From: Octopus bimaculoides | Lineage: Eukaryota | DNA length: 40,736 bases | Reading direction: 5' to 3' | Assembly: GCF_001194135.2 (NCBI RefSeq) | Contig: NC_068990.1 | Location: 10,961,587-11,002,322, forward strand | Shown here: positions 1-12,274 of the stretch, one piece after another | How positions within the stretch are numbered: position 1 is the stretch's first letter | How the letters are laid out: every line of letters begins with the position of its first letter | Notes under the pieces: model-generated | The model's input: only the letters and a program-made list of their open reading frames with translations | Database searches by the model: none | Told to the model about the DNA's origin: nothing | Program-made: the position numbers and the translations under genes

Positions 1-1293
1 TATATATATATATATATATGTATATATAGAGAAAGAGGGGAAGGAGGAAGAGAGACAGGGAGAGAGAAATCGATAAATTAGGAAAATCTTGAACACAAGA
101 GAGTAGCTGTGAAATCTGCTTTAGTAAATCGTGTAGTGAAAACACCTCTATGCACGGAAAAATGTAACCAACAGCCACTAAAGCTAATTTCACAGCTATT
201 TTCCTCTGCTCGAGGTTTTCTTAATTTCCAAATGTATGACATTCACTCGATGATTTCAGTGTTTGTTTATAAAAACGTTTACACATTTCAAAAAGCTGCT
301 ATTTAGCGTTATAAAATACGATGTATGTTCTCAGGGCACGCTTGGTAGAGCGTTCGTCCGTAAATTGAGAGATACTGCCTTCGTATCCGGTGGCCATTCT
401 TTATTCGTCACTCGCTGTTTCAAAGTTTCCTTATGCACACACACATATATATATATGTACGTATCTTTATATATACGTCTTTGAGTATATATATGTAATT
501 ATATATAACTGAAGAATCTGTGATCTCGATAATTTTGTCCATCTAGTGTTAGAGTTCTTTCTGCTTCAAGTAATTTTCGTGCATTTTGGAAACTAATTTA
601 TCATTTAGTATGACTGAATTGACGTCAGAATTGTTCATGACAAAACTTAATTGTCACATAATTTTTGATACGCGTACTATTGACTATCACAGTAATAGGT
701 AATGCAGCAATGACAATAATCTCAGATAATGTTTAATGACTTGAGTAATTTTCTATATATTTATATAGCATTTTGAATTCCTTTTTTATTGTCCTCTCTG
801 TTAAATCGTATCAGGATTTGCTATATCTTGTATCAATTATGTCTTTATTGATACATATATGATATTTAATATAATAAAGTGGGCAATTGCGACAAACGCT
901 CAGGATTATGTATGAAAATACGTCTGCTACACGTGTAATGTAAAACATTTTTTCCATGGATTATAAATGCACTAGAATATAATAACGGATATGCAGTGCT
1001 TTTTTTTTTGTTTCCTTCCAATCAAAGTAAAATTTCAACAATAATGGAACTGTGAAATCGATATTTCCCTTTGTCTATTTACAGATCGATCCGGGTTTTC
1101 ATATTCCAAGTATCGGAAGCTCCTTTGACATTTTTCCAAGTGCTCAAATTTCATATCTGAAATATTTATTCTATTTATATAATTTATGAATGCATTGAGA
1201 GGTAATGTTTTAGCAGTCGCCTTATTTGTATAGTTATGCGCTCTTGCCTCTCAAATTTTTCACTATCGTATTCAGGGATTTGGACTTTTGTTA

Positions 1294-2197
1294 CGAGAGC
1301 TTCTATAAACGAATGTATATGAATGTGGTGATTATGAATGTATGTATATAAGTGCTTATGTATGTATGTATTTGTGTTTCCTGTTTTAGTTTAGGCTTCC
1401 GACACTAGAAACCACTTCGTGTATCAATCTGCTGACGGATGTCCTCGGAGTCAGCCGTACTGCCACATGATGCGTCATTGTTTTTCAGGGCTTCTTCCAT
1501 GTTCATCGAATTTTGCGATGTCTGAAACGAAGGAACAGCATGCTTCCATCAGATTCTGTTTTCTACTAAGGTAGGGAACGGCGGCTGAAAGCGTTGTCAT
1601 GCTTCAAAAAGTTTACAAGGCTACTGCCATGAGCAAAACACATGTTTACGGATGGTTTCCACGCTTTAGAAATGGTCACTTGTTGCTTGAAGACCGACCT
1701 CTTTCAGGGTGATGGTCGATCTCACGAACGAATAAAACATTCGTGAAATTATTTGGAGGAACCGTCACTAAACAATTAACGTACTTGATATGACTGGTGT
1801 GTCCTAGAGCTCCTGCCAATAAATCTTGAATGAAGAATTGCGAATGAAAAGAGGTGAAGCAAAATTTGCCCCTCGCTGGCCCACGGAAGATCAAAAGCAG
1901 TAACGACTGAATGCTTGCTGTGAACTGAAAGTATAGTTGGAAGTTAATTCGGACCTTTTTTGAAGGTCATCACTGGTGAAGAAACTGATTCTACGGAAGT
2001 TGAAGATGTGAAGGAAAAAGAAGATGTAGGCGGAACTCGCGAGAGTTCCAGGCGTGCTTCGATCAGTGGAAAATGCATCTGGACCGGTGCAATGCTTCAA
2101 ATAGAGAATACTTTGAAAGTGATAAAACTATAAGCTTGTATAACTAAATGAATAAAATAACATTGCAAAATTCTGGTTTCTTATGGATAACCCCTCG
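1294..2197 (+). mobile_element. Internally deleted mariner DNA transposon relic (element 1)
   Basis: Decayed transposase 1518-2147; right TIR-like end ...TTATGGATAACCCCTCG followed by TA (2198-2199). The left boundary is uncertain: a diverged TACGAGAGCTTCTATAAAC at 1292 may be the 5' TIR. Confidence 0.85.
1518..2147 (+). pseudogene. Mariner transposase pseudogene lacking most of the catalytic core
   Basis: Manual translation: MSETKEQHASIRFCFLLR*GTAAESVVMLQKVYKATAMSKTHVYGWFPRFRNGHLLLEDRPLSG* (paired HTH); FLKVITGEET (first-Asp motif, D>E) at about 1960-1986; then directly EFQACFDQWKMHLDRCNASNREYFESD (C-terminus). Stops and frameshifts present. Confidence 0.9.
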
Positions 2198-2334
2198 TAT
2201 CACTAATTTAATGATAGCGCTTCAGTGTCAATTGTATGTAAGCCAATTGCTGGAAAATAGAAGTGAAATATAAAACGTGTCGTCAACATTTAAGTTGTTA
2301 CGGAGTCGGATACATTCCTTTGTATTTATAGGTC

Positions 2335-2420
2335 TGATTCTCTGATTCGTGAGTTCAAATCAAACCGAAGCTAATATTACCATTCATATTGTCAAGGTCG
2401 ATACGAAAAGTTTAGTCCTG
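2335..2420 (+). mobile_element. Probable degenerate fragment of SINE family C
   Basis: GAGTTCAAAT B-box-like motif and loose similarity to 17785-17970; short and diverged. Confidence 0.35.
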
Positions 2421-2712
2421 TATTGAGACCCATATTTTTAATCTTCCTCTCTCTTTTTGTCAGGCTTTCTTTTGGTGCAATCTTCTGTAAGTAAATGATG
2501 TGATAGTAAATGGTATAAGAGTAAATGGAGGTTGATGAGATTCCCAGCACGAGAGACGCTATACATCAAGACTTCCACCTACTCATTCCAATAAGATGAT
2601 GATGCCGAAAAGCAAAGGAAGTTTATTATGAATTAAATGCCCTTCAATGCGTTGACCCCTTCTCCCAGCATTATATTATTTTGCCGAAAACCAGGAGATC
2701 AGACAAGCAATG

Positions 2713-2745
<33 letters not shown>

Positions 2746-3539
2746 NNNNNNNNNNNNNNNNNNNNNNNNNNNNNNNNNNNNNNNNNNNNNNNNNNNNNNN
2801 NNNNNNNNNNNNNNNNNNNNNNNNNNNNNNNNNNNNNNNNNNNNNNNNNNNNNNNNNNNNNATGTATATATATATATATATATACATACGTTCATATACA
2901 CGCTTATTTCTGTCTATATGTGCTTACATACGTATATAATGTGACATAAATGCATCTATAAATGTATGTATTCATACATGTGTGTTTGTATGCATGTGTG
3001 TGTGTGTGAGTGTGTGTAAGTGTACATGTTTTTAAGTATGCAACTTTGTGTGTGTGCCTGTATGTAAATTTTGTATTTATGTATTCCAAAGTGCTTAATT
3101 ATTTCATTTGAAGTCTCTCAACATACTTTCCTAAATAGCTTTTAGTGAATACAGATAAAATAGCAAGAAACACTACCAATATTACATTATAGCCAAAATC
3201 CGCTCTTTAGAATCATAGCTAGCTATTATATTTTAAGAGAATAATTTTTACTAGCACAATATTTCCACAGGCAATTTTGTTTCAATTTCTTCGAAAATAT
3301 CTTGGCGCAAATATTAAGATACATGGTTATTTATTGATATTGTTACTTTTTTCCTCTTTATTCCTCATTCATTTCTGTTTTATCTTTTGTGTTTTATTAT
3401 ACTCCTTTTCATATTGCTTTTATTCGTATTGTTTTTATTATCACTTACACTTTTCTTGACGTTATTATATCATTTTTTTTGTTCAAATTCTGGCTCCATA
3501 AATTTTATATGACCACCATTTTGCTCTTTTTTATTCGTA

Positions 3540-3974
3540 TATACATACATATATACATACATCTTGTATGTGTGTCTGTATTTGTGCGTGTATGTATGTG
3601 TGTATGTGTGTGCGTACTTAAAAAAACAGACCATACTGCAGTCAATTTATAGAACATATCGTTGATAATATAGATTTGAAACATTTTGTTCACAAAATAT
3701 CACTATTAAATACGTAGAGGTAAATTAATAGTACATTTTTGTATAACACACACATATACATACATACATACACGCATATATACACACNNNNNNNNNNNNN
3801 NNNNNNNNNNNNNNNNNNNNNNNNNNNNNNNNNNNNNNNNNNNNNNNNNNNNNNNNNNNNNNNNNNNNNNNNNNNNNNNNNNNNNNNNNNNNNNNNNNNN
3901 NNNNNNNNNNNNNNNNNNNNNNNNNNNNNNNNNNNNNNNNNNNNNNNNNNNNNNNNNNNNNNNNNNNNNNNNNN

Positions 3975-4010
<36 letters not shown>

Positions 4011-4268
4011 TAAGTGTATTTATACATACATATATACATACATCTTGTATGTGTGTCTGTATTTGTGCGTGTATGTATGTGTGTATGTGTGTGCGTACTT
4101 AAAAAAACAGACCATACTGCAGTCAATTTATAGAACATATCGTTGATAATATAGATTTGAAACATTTTGTTCACAAAATATCACTATTAAATACGTAGAG
4201 GTAAATTAATAGTACATTTTTGTATAACACACACATATACATACATACATACACGCATATATACACAC
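3540..4268. repeat. 248-bp identical direct duplication (3540-3787 = 4021-4268) straddling an N gap
   Basis: Base-by-base identical at offset 481; the first copy ends exactly at the gap 3788-3974. Confidence 0.95.
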
Positions 4269-5192
4269 GCACATATATACACACACTCACACACACACAC
4301 TTAAATGTATAAATATATATATATATATACGTATAAGTATGTATGTGTATATTTATGTGTATGGATACTTATATTTATGCTTAATATATATATATGCATG
4401 AATACCACTTTTAGATTATCTGCTTATCTTCTGGTGATATAGTAACTTACATTTGCTGGTATCTCTGTTATAAATTTAAGACGAAAAAAAATAAAGAAAT
4501 TAGGTGAGAATTATAAAGTTTGTTTATCATTAAGATTGCTTTTTATTTCTACTTTGAATATATTTTCCATTATATTTTTCGTGTTTGTTTCTTTTTTCTT
4601 AATTTTAAGAAACACATTTTCTTTCTCACATCAAAACGTTTAAACCAAAAAGACGAAGAAAGTCTAAAATAACTGATTTCAGAGTATGGATACATTTCAT
4701 TTCCTTCCATATCTCTTTATGCTTCATACTATTTTATACATACATGATACTGACAGGATAAAGTCTCTGTTGATAGTTAACTGCATGTAAGCTATTACTC
4801 ATTATGTGGCCATTTATTTAGAAACATCATTCTATTCATGTTTGGATGAAGAAAAATATGAATACATCTAATTGCAACCTCTTCACAACTCTTCTTACAT
4901 TTAAAGCAAAGCGGATCCTGCTGTTTTTATATTCTGTACAAAATTTCGATTAAGAAACTTTTGAAAGCATTATCATGTACATTATTTCTCAGAATTACTT
5001 AAATCTGCACGGCAAAAATTCAATGAATTGTGGATGTATTGAAATCATATTATTGACTGGATGATCATTATATACATATGTGCATATATGTAAGTATGTA
5101 TGTATGTATGTATCCACGTATACCGCTACATTAAGAAATATAGACGATGTGCTTGTAAATATATGTACATATGAGTATGCGAGTATATATAT

Positions 5193-5205
5193 ATAGATAG
5201 ATAGG

Positions 5206-5275
<70 letters not shown>
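5193..5275. repeat. (TAGA)n microsatellite
   Basis: Direct reading. Confidence 0.97.
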
Positions 5276-8200
5276 TGTATGTATGTATACATATATGCGT
5301 ATATAAATGCCTGTATATATGTATACACATAAAGACATACTTATATACAAATAAATGTTAGTGTATGCGAATGCATATTCACAGAAATGTGTATGTTCTT
5401 GTGCATGGGTGTATTTAATCTTTTAATGATATAGAAATAGAGTCAGGTGAACAAGTTCCAGATCGTGTCCTGCATTCCCAGCAGCCTTGCCTTTGACGGC
5501 GCTCCAAAATTCAATCATAATTTGAGTCTGTAATTCATTCATTCGTTCATTCTTTATTTTACTTTCAGTGAAGTCACATTTTCTTTTCAATGTGTTTCCG
5601 TGGAGAATATAAACAATTTATCATAGTGTGTCCTTTTATACTTAATGAATCGGCAGGTTAAGTGCCGTAAAGCATATCATTATAAGGTTTTCGTTATATT
5701 ACTGCTCTTCTCTATTTTATTCTGTGCAACATTTATCATATTTATTCTCATTTATGCATTCTTTCGATTGTCATATACACCAAATGTCCTTATCCCGGAC
5801 TTTATAATCGCAACACTGCCATTATTGAAACTTCCCGCTTTTTTTGTGGATTTTCTGATTTCGATAGTGTTCTGAGAATTTTCGAACTGAACATGGTTCA
5901 AACTAAACGTTTGATTCTTCGAATTTTGTTGTTCATTTCCAAACTATTCTCATTTTAGTTATTCAAGTAATAGTGTTGTTATATGCTGGTTCTGCAAAAA
6001 TTCCCGAGTTACTGACCTCGAGACCGTTAAACTGCTGTTCGTAATGCATTCAAGTTAAACTGTTGCTCTTAGCATTTAACTAATATTCAATATGCTATTA
6101 TCTCACGGAAACTTCAGGTGACGGATATTAGGACATTCAGCAATAATCGTTTTTTTTTTAAAGACTTTGGATTAATAACTATTATCTAATTTATGTTTTC
6201 AAAGTATTTTCATATCTTGACTAGGCCTATTAAGTAGGCTATTAGAGTCTAAATTGAACGATTACTCTTTCAATTAACTAATCTTCAAGAAATGTTGCTA
6301 TTCAATTTTCTTCAAGACTGCCAGTGAACACTGGGAGGCGTTGACTCCTGCAATCATTGGAGGAACGCTATTAGGAATAAATTGATGCATGATAATTCAA
6401 ATTTCTCATTGACGTATTGCAGACAAAATACAAAAAAATGAGTTATTTTTCAAGCGGCCAGTGAGCGCGGTGCACCCATGTTTCCACACCTATTTTTTAA
6501 ACTCTGATTAGAACCATTAATAATTTCACATATTATCTCGCGAGGTGCTGCAGTTACTCTGTTAACATTATCTATCATATACCTGTATAGTTTATTAGCT
6601 AGTGTCATCATCTGCACGTATTTTACCGCCTAAGATGCCAGCTTTTCATTCTGTCATGCTCTGCATTTTTTTCTTTTTTTACAATTTTCGTTTTGTTAAC
6701 ATAATGATTACCACTTCACTTGTAAGCGGCTGTATCATTAACTCTCCGTTATTTCTTGTACTGGTTAAGCGTGTTCTGCTTTATATTCTAAATTTTATTG
6801 TCCTCACCGTATTTTATATTATAACGTAATGTGGACGGAAAATAACCACTGTTCAAAGTCTTATGGGTAATCATGCCCGCTTGGAGACTTCATAAGTTAT
6901 TCTGAGGTTTATCACAACTCAACAATTTGACACTTTTTTGTCCTCCTTCCGATGTACAACTCGCAATGTAGAATTTATCGATGCTGTTTACATTAACATG
7001 TTGAATTCAATTGGTGCTGACTTCTGATTACGTGTCAACAGTGAGGAAATCGCTAATATTTCAAACGAAGCTTCGTGCTGTTTTCCCAATATCAGGCTGT
7101 GTTCTCTGTAAAGCCTTTCGAGTCAACTTAATAATAGTTAATAGAATAAAGCACATAGATTCTGCAACAGAATGCATTGCCCTGTAGCAGAAAATTTGCT
7201 TATATCTAGGACTGCAGTATCACTGCAGATGTATGAAGAAAATGTCGAAAATCCAGGGGAATTTAGCAGCATGAATCACGTCGAAAATGGCTTGAAAAAT
7301 GTTGACTACATCATCGTGGTCATCGTATGCTGTGTATTGGGCAGTTCCATTTACTTTGCACACAGTATCGCATTCCAGTGAGAATCAGAGTTAATTGAAT
7401 TATAAAGGGTTTCATCGTTCACCGTTTCTGCATAAGTTTGCTATCATTTTTCTTTAAGCAATTCTGCTATAAATGAAGCCTCTGTTAAAGGTGCTGCAAT
7501 CTTATTTTATTGATGTATTCCGCAAGCAAAGTGATATCCACTTCTTCAATCCTGGTGTGTGATGAAACAAGCAGTATGACGACGACGGCATGCAACGTAC
7601 GATCAAGCAAAAGGCCACTGAAATGATTAACGATAGTCAACTTCTTTGATAGATGTAAAAATAGGATGGCAAATGCCCATAACCTTTAGGAGACACGGAT
7701 GTCACTGAGATGTTCGGTAACCCGACACAAGAAAATAAAATAAAATTTCATTCGTGTTTTAGAACAGATGTGTAAATATATCCGTCACCGATTTTTGCCA
7801 ACAGATCTATGATCAGGAAGAGCCTTTCCCACAATAATTCGAAATGCCCACACACACTTATGTAATTGTGACAAGCATTATAGATATATAAAGAAAATAG
7901 GACAAGGTAGAAAGTGCTGAAATAATTTTATCATGAAGAACATTTTAGTGCTGATTTCAGGCTTTGCGACTTTTTCAACTTAGAGTAAAGCATGAAAAAC
8001 CATTAAATTGTGGAAAAATTAAATGAAATGTTTTTTTTTATATACATACCCATAGATAGATGTATATATATATATATATATATNNNNNNNNNNNNNNNNN
8101 NNNNNNNNNNNNNNNNNNNNNNNNNNNNNNNNNNNNNNNNNNNNNNNNNNNNNNNNNNNNNNNNNNNNNNNNNNNNNNNNNNNNNNNNNNNNNNNNNNNN

Positions 8201-8459
8201 NNNNNNNNNNNNNNNNNNNNNNNNNNNNNNNNNNNNNNNNNNNNNNNNNNNNNNNNNNNNNNNNNNNNNNNNNNNNNNNNNNNNNNNNNNNNNNNNNNNN
8301 NNNNNNNNNNNNNNNNNNNNNNNNNNNNNNNNNNNNNNNNNNNNNNNNNNNNNNNNNNNNNNNNNNNNNNNNNNNNNNNNNNNNNNNNNNNNNNNNNNNN
8401 NNNNNNNNNNNNNNNNNNNNNNNNNNNNNNNNNNNNNNNNNNNNATATATATATATATA

Positions 8460-8732
8460 GGCACAAGAGCAGCAGTGTGGTAAGTAGCTTGCTTCCCAAC
8501 CATATGTTTCCGGGTTCAGACCCACCGTGTGGTACCTTGGACAAGTGTCTTCTACTATAGCGTCGGGTCGACCAAAGCTTTGTGAGTGGCTTTGGTAGAC
8601 GGAAACTGAAAAGAAGTCTGTCGTATATTTATATATGTATATATCTATGTATGTGTGTGCTTTTGTGCTTATGTTCCCCCCCACCCTTCCGCACACACAC
8701 ACGATGTTAGTGTGTTTACTTCCTTGTAACTT
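8460..8732 (+). mobile_element. tRNA-derived SINE family A copy, 3'-truncated
   Basis: A-box-like GTGTGGTAAG, B-box-like GGGTTCAGACCC, CORE-like CCTTGGACAAGTGTCTTC; clearly homologous to 10006-10376, 19705-19863 and 33134-33656. Confidence 0.9.
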
Positions 8733-8915
8733 CTTATATTGCTACGTGATATATGAAGAAATGAAATCGATTACGTAACTCCAGTACAATTGTTACTCAT
8801 TAGATCCTAAGCCTTATGTCTACCTGACGTTATGCTCTAAAACAAGTATACTGAGCTCTAACAAGTCACTATTAGAATCTTTAGGCGTAATGGAAATCAT
8901 AATATAACTGTATAC

Positions 8916-8944
8916 ATACATACACACACACATACATACATACA

Positions 8945-8980
<36 letters not shown>

Positions 8981-8985
8981 TAAGT
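8916..8985. repeat. (CATA)n/(TA)n microsatellite
   Basis: Direct reading. Confidence 0.95.
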
Positions 8986-9831
8986 ATATGTAGCCATATT
9001 ATTTATAGTTATCACTTCTACCGTTTTTGAAACCAGCACAACTTTTCAGGGGTATTTCTTATAGGTTGACGAGGTGAGTTGAGTTAAGCTTAACCCGAGG
9101 CACGGTAAGAGCCCCTGATGCGAATTAAGATGTTCCGCATCAAAATTCGAAATCACCGGTGATGTGACCACGTCTGCGACCGCAGGTAGCTTTGTACCCC
9201 TCGTTAGCTTATTAAGGTAATACCTTCGTGGCTAATGAGTCTTACTTTTAGCAACTCTGGTATCACTTTGTACTCTCTGTGGCATAAGTGACGTCTGCAA
9301 ATTTGCCTTTTGGTCGTTAAATTGCTAATAAGCCACCCATATTATATTTATATGCACACACAGAGAAATACACTCGCACACATACATCTATGTCTGTGCA
9401 TACATGTTCATAGACACATGCGCACAGGTACGCACAAACTGTCCTTCCGCCATTTGTATGTATGCGTAAAAACTGAAATCAAAATTCTTGCTATTTCGGT
9501 CTGGAACATTCAGTTTCCAAAGTGAGATTAAATACAGTGTGATAGTACAAGTCTAGCAATGATCACATTTGTGCTGTTAGTAATTTCGCGTGGGCCTTAT
9601 ATGAAGAAATTTCATTGTCAGAAATTTCATTGCAGATACACATAAACTGTATATATCGTTTCCTTTCGGCGGCGGTAAATATAGTACACACTACTGAGTT
9701 AATTGGTGGAAGTCTTTGTTCGTATAACGTGCTGCTCTGAAGTAATTGTTCCGAGCTATTGTGTTCAGAAAATCAAATTCTCTATACTAATACCAGCAAC
9801 GTCATGAATATCGAGTGATCCTTCGGGGCGT

Positions 9832-9885
9832 TGACAAAGCTGATGATCCAGGCTTGTGGAATAGACCGAAAGAGTGTCCTTGTCA
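9832..9885 (+). ncRNA. Partly decayed minimal type-I hammerhead ribozyme motif
   Basis: TGACAAAG-CTGATGA(9840-9846)-21 nt-GAAA(9868-9871)-GAGT-GTC(9876-9878)-CTTGTCA. Stem I gives 7 bp with one bulge; stems II and III are imperfect. Confidence 0.55.
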
Positions 9886-10005
9886 CTTTATATAAGCAGG
9901 CTATTCTTTACAAAATATACACGTATTCATCCAACCGTCCATCTATCAATCAATCCATCCATCCAATCATTCATCCATACAAACATACATGCATTCATCA
10001 TACAT

Positions 10006-10376
10006 ACAGGAGTGTCTGTGTGGTAAGTAGCTTGCTTACCAACCACACGGTTCTGCGTTCAGTCCTGGTCAAGCGTCTTCTACTATAGCCTCGGGCCGCC
10101 TAAAGCCTTGTGAGTGGATGTGATAGACGGAAAGTGAAAGAAGTACGTCTTGTATATGTGTGTGTATGTGCCTGCCTGTGTGTATGTGCCTGCCTGTGTG
10201 TATGTGTGTGTGTGTGTGAAGTGCGTGTGTGTGTGTGTTTGTCCCACCATCATCACTTGACAAAAGAGACCGATAGAAAAAGTACTTACAAAGAATAAGT
10301 CCTTGGGTCAATGTTTTCGACTAAAGTCAGTGCTCCAGTAAAGCCGCATTCAAATGACTGAAACGAATAAAAGAAT
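10006..10376 (+). mobile_element. SINE family A copy, near full length, with internal (TG)n tract
   Basis: Head GGAGTGTCTGTGTGGTAAGTAGCTTGCTTACCAACCAC, body CTACTATAGCCTCGGGCCG, internal TG-rich tract about 10152-10240, tail GTGCTCCAG...TGACTGAAACGAATAAAAGA. Confidence 0.92.
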
Positions 10377-10464
10377 ATATATATGCATACATATAATATG
10401 CTTGTACATCTATCATATATCTATCTGTCTATGTATCAGCTATCAATCTATTTATCTATATATA

Positions 10465-10471
<7 letters not shown>

Positions 10472-10507
<36 letters not shown>

Positions 10508-10640
10508 ATATATATATATATATATATATGCACGCACACATATACGTATGCATGTATGGGTAGTGTGTATTTATACGTATGTATATGTCTATATGCATGG
10601 ATGTATAGATACATATATATTTTTATATCTATGTATATAA

Positions 10641-10682
<42 letters not shown>

Positions 10683-10692
10683 GTGTGTGTGT
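10472..10692. repeat. Compound microsatellites (TC)n, (TA)n, (TG)n
   Basis: Direct reading. Confidence 0.93.
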
Positions 10693-10862
10693 TTATTTCC
10701 ATTCACGTATATTGTTTAGTAAGCATGAAAGTAATTCTTTTATCATTATATGTAATGTTGTAAGAATTGTAAAATTAGGAAAAATACAAAAATAGGACAT
10801 AAAATTCAGACTGTATTAGAAATTCATTAACTCATATTTACCTGTACACAATCATACGAAAC

Positions 10863-10894
<32 letters not shown>

Positions 10895-11499
10895 NNNNNN
10901 NNNNNNNNNNNNNNNNNNNNNNNNNNNNNNNNNNNNNNNNNNNNNNNNNNNNNNNNNNNNNNNNNNNNNNNNNATGGTAATATTCACAAAAACTGTACGC
11001 CATACGTTGTGAGATAAATATTATTTACTAAACAAAATATATTTTTTATGAGCTACTTAATAGTTTCATGCAATGGAAACATCTCACACAGCAGTTTTTA
11101 ACGTGTCTGGTGCTTCACATATTCCTCAGGCTATGCCTCCCACACACACACACACACACACCGTGCGTGGCATAGCAAGAGAAAACAGGATGACTACATG
11201 AAAGAAAAGCCGAGGAAAGGCAGGAAAGGAAGCAGACGTAAAAGGTTGAAGGTTGTAAAACCGGAAAGCGAAAAAGAAAACAGAAAAAGAAAAAATTGTG
11301 GTAGGAATAGAGTTATGTCCCCTTTCACCATAAAGTCGTAAGCCGGAAAGGATAGTGGTCTGCAATACAGCTTCTCAATGCGGGAACTATTCGTATGTTT
11401 ACAACAGCTGAAAATTCCAGTTCTAGATTTCAGCTGTGCAGGACCGGCAATCCTAGTCTCACACAGTGTTTGATCTAGGGATTGATATCAGCCACGACA

Positions 11500-12030
11500 C
11501 TTCGTTTCATATACTGCCTTCACTACTGCTCTCAATTCTGATCAACGCACAGCGTCAAATTCATCGCAGAAATTGTGGCCACTCAGCGCTGTTACAACAG
11601 TAAGACTACTTAGAGACAGAAAGCTGAACTTAGAGAGACTGAAAGAGTTACGAATCGTACTTCCTGAAGCGAAGACGGGAGAGATATGCAGAGATATACA
11701 TATGAAAGATCCTAAAGGTGTTGGTATCAAACTTCAACACCGAAAGTTAAACCGGACCAAGTACTGCAATAGTTTTGGGTTCAAATGCCCACAATCATGT
11801 AATGTCTTGCCAGACAATCTGAGAAATTTATATGGAGTGGGGATAGATGTTTTTAAGAAACAAGATTAATTTACATTACGGCAAGAAACTCACAAGAGTG
11901 TAACAATATCAAGGTCCCTACTTCACCAAAGACTAATCACAAAAGAGTATGTACAGAAAATGTTATAATACTGGAGGCGCTCCTGTATGGCCAAAGCCTT
12001 TGGAATGAAACATATAAAAATATAAAATAA
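11500..12030 (+). mobile_element. CR1/L2-group LINE 3' fragment (RT C-terminal region plus 3' UTR)
   Basis: Frameshifted translation gives HYCSQF*S (DYCSQLWSP-like), ERLKELR, YFLKRRRERYAEIYI*KIL (YSLERRRER...IYxWKIL-like) and NSFGFKCPQSCNVLPDNLRN...DVFKKQD (NSF...GP.LFN.LP..LRN...FK..LD-like). Confidence 0.85.
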
Positions 12031-12032
12031 TA

Positions 12033-12131
12033 TAGATAGATAAATAGATAGAGATAGATAGATAGATGGATAGATAGATATATATATATAGATAGATAGA
12101 TAGATAGATAGATAGACAGATAGATAGATAT

Positions 12132-12191
<60 letters not shown>

Positions 12192-12201
12192 ATAAATAGA
12201 C

Positions 12202-12274
<73 letters not shown>
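12033..12274. repeat. Long (TAGA)n microsatellite directly 3' of the LINE fragment
   Basis: Direct reading. Confidence 0.97.

Noticed and set aside
1085-1200. Candidate exon (TTTACAG acceptor, GAG|GTAATG donor)
   Set aside because: No recognisable peptide and the longest frame stops before the donor.
7172-7381. 69-aa ORF with a hydrophobic C-terminus as a small membrane protein
   Set aside because: No recognisable family, and ORFs of this size are expected by chance.
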